Below the pieces are notes generated by a model that was given only the letters and a program-made list of their open reading frames with translations, had not been told where the DNA came from and searched no databases. The position numbers and the translations under genes were made by a program. DNA of 63,686 nucleotides, filler included, from Pseudovirgaria hyperparasitica (Eukaryota): the NCBI GenBank assembly GCA_010093815.1. It is 5 parts of 4 records of this genome, joined end to end, with 100 filler letters (N's around TTAATTAATTAA, not from the genome) between each part and the next. Parts side by side here need not be neighbours in the genome. Positions count along the whole stretch, not along the records: positions 61,460 to 63,686 come from ML996616.1; 4 more parts are not named here. The stretch is one strand, 5' to 3'. Positions 62,937-63,686 of the stretch are shown here, piece after piece (the first letter of the stretch is position 1; every line of letters begins with the position of its first letter).

Positions 62937-63686
62937 ATATCTACCACTATAGGACCCCTGTTTTAGTGCATTACTCCAAGGGATGTGCTAAATCCGCCCC
63001 AAAAATTCGCCTTGCTCGTGGATAAGATCAGCATCAGCTAGGCGGCAATGTTACCTAGTCATTCTCTCCGGGTGGGGTGCCGACGAACGTATTGGCCCCA
63101 AAACAGGTTGATCCTTGCATTGTTAGTCTTGACCTAGGACATGATCAGGACAGTATCTTTATATGACCAGGTGTGAAATTGAATACCGGTCTGGACGAAA
63201 GAAAACAAAGAATGGGAACTTGAAAACGGACGTTCCCGCGTCAGTCTCGCATTAGCATTGCACCAAGATGAGAGATTCTCAAGCATGAATTTCATAATTT
63301 AATAGGCATATCTCATTTCGTTAGCCGAACACGCAGTCCGAAATTTCACGTGTCTGAGTGTTAAGGAAAGCAAACGTTCCAGCTCCCCTGCAGACTCATG
63401 CTCTTATAAAGCGACGGCATGCATCCCAATTCCAAGCCCATGTTCTCCACCTCGCCAACCATGTCCAGATTCTCAGTCTCGCTGTTAGCCAGCAAGTAGA
63501 CCAGCGCTTCGTCCCGAGGAGCGCGGAATGACACAGGGATACGACACAGTCCAGTTGCATATTTGTTTGGCTCGCTCATGGAGTCTCACCCATTCTACAT
63601 ATACCAGACATTGCAAGAGCATGAAAAGACGATCATTACAAACCTCAGCTGAAGGCTGCCGTAGGCTACAGCGCAATTGTCGAAGG

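Noticed and set aside
23851..63686. Starship captain (DUF3435 tyrosine recombinase) or DUF3723 gene
   Set aside because: No ORF with recognisable motifs of these families was found, so the Starship interpretation rests on passenger genes only.

Overview
Genomic DNA from a filamentous ascomycete. It appears to be several contigs joined by 100-nt N/TTAATTAATTAA/N spacers (23751, 41245, 53614, 61360) plus one 500-N gap, so adjacency across the spacers is unproven. Part 1 (1-23750) is AT-rich and heavily RIP-mutated. It holds one complete degenerate rDNA unit (18S-ITS1-5.8S-ITS2-28S, with a group I intron at the L1921 site) and its IGS sub-repeats. Next come a RIP-destroyed UPF1/DNA2-like SF1 helicase gene with three CCHC zinc knuckles, and two full-length Tad1-like LINEs nested one inside the other with recoverable TSDs. 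Part 2 (23851-63686) is mostly un-RIPped accessory DNA, a patchwork of gene fragments and short dispersed repeats. It includes Spok-like, ferric-reductase-like and patatin-N-terminal genes (a combination typical of Starship cargo, although no captain recombinase is visible). It also has CorA-like, MFS, Tc1, MADS-like and ankyrin fragments, a Bys1/thaumatin-like secreted protein and a pterin carbinolamine dehydratase. A palindrome-containing promoter/first-exon/intron cassette recurs in at least seven partial copies. All protein family calls are from motif recognition, not database searches.
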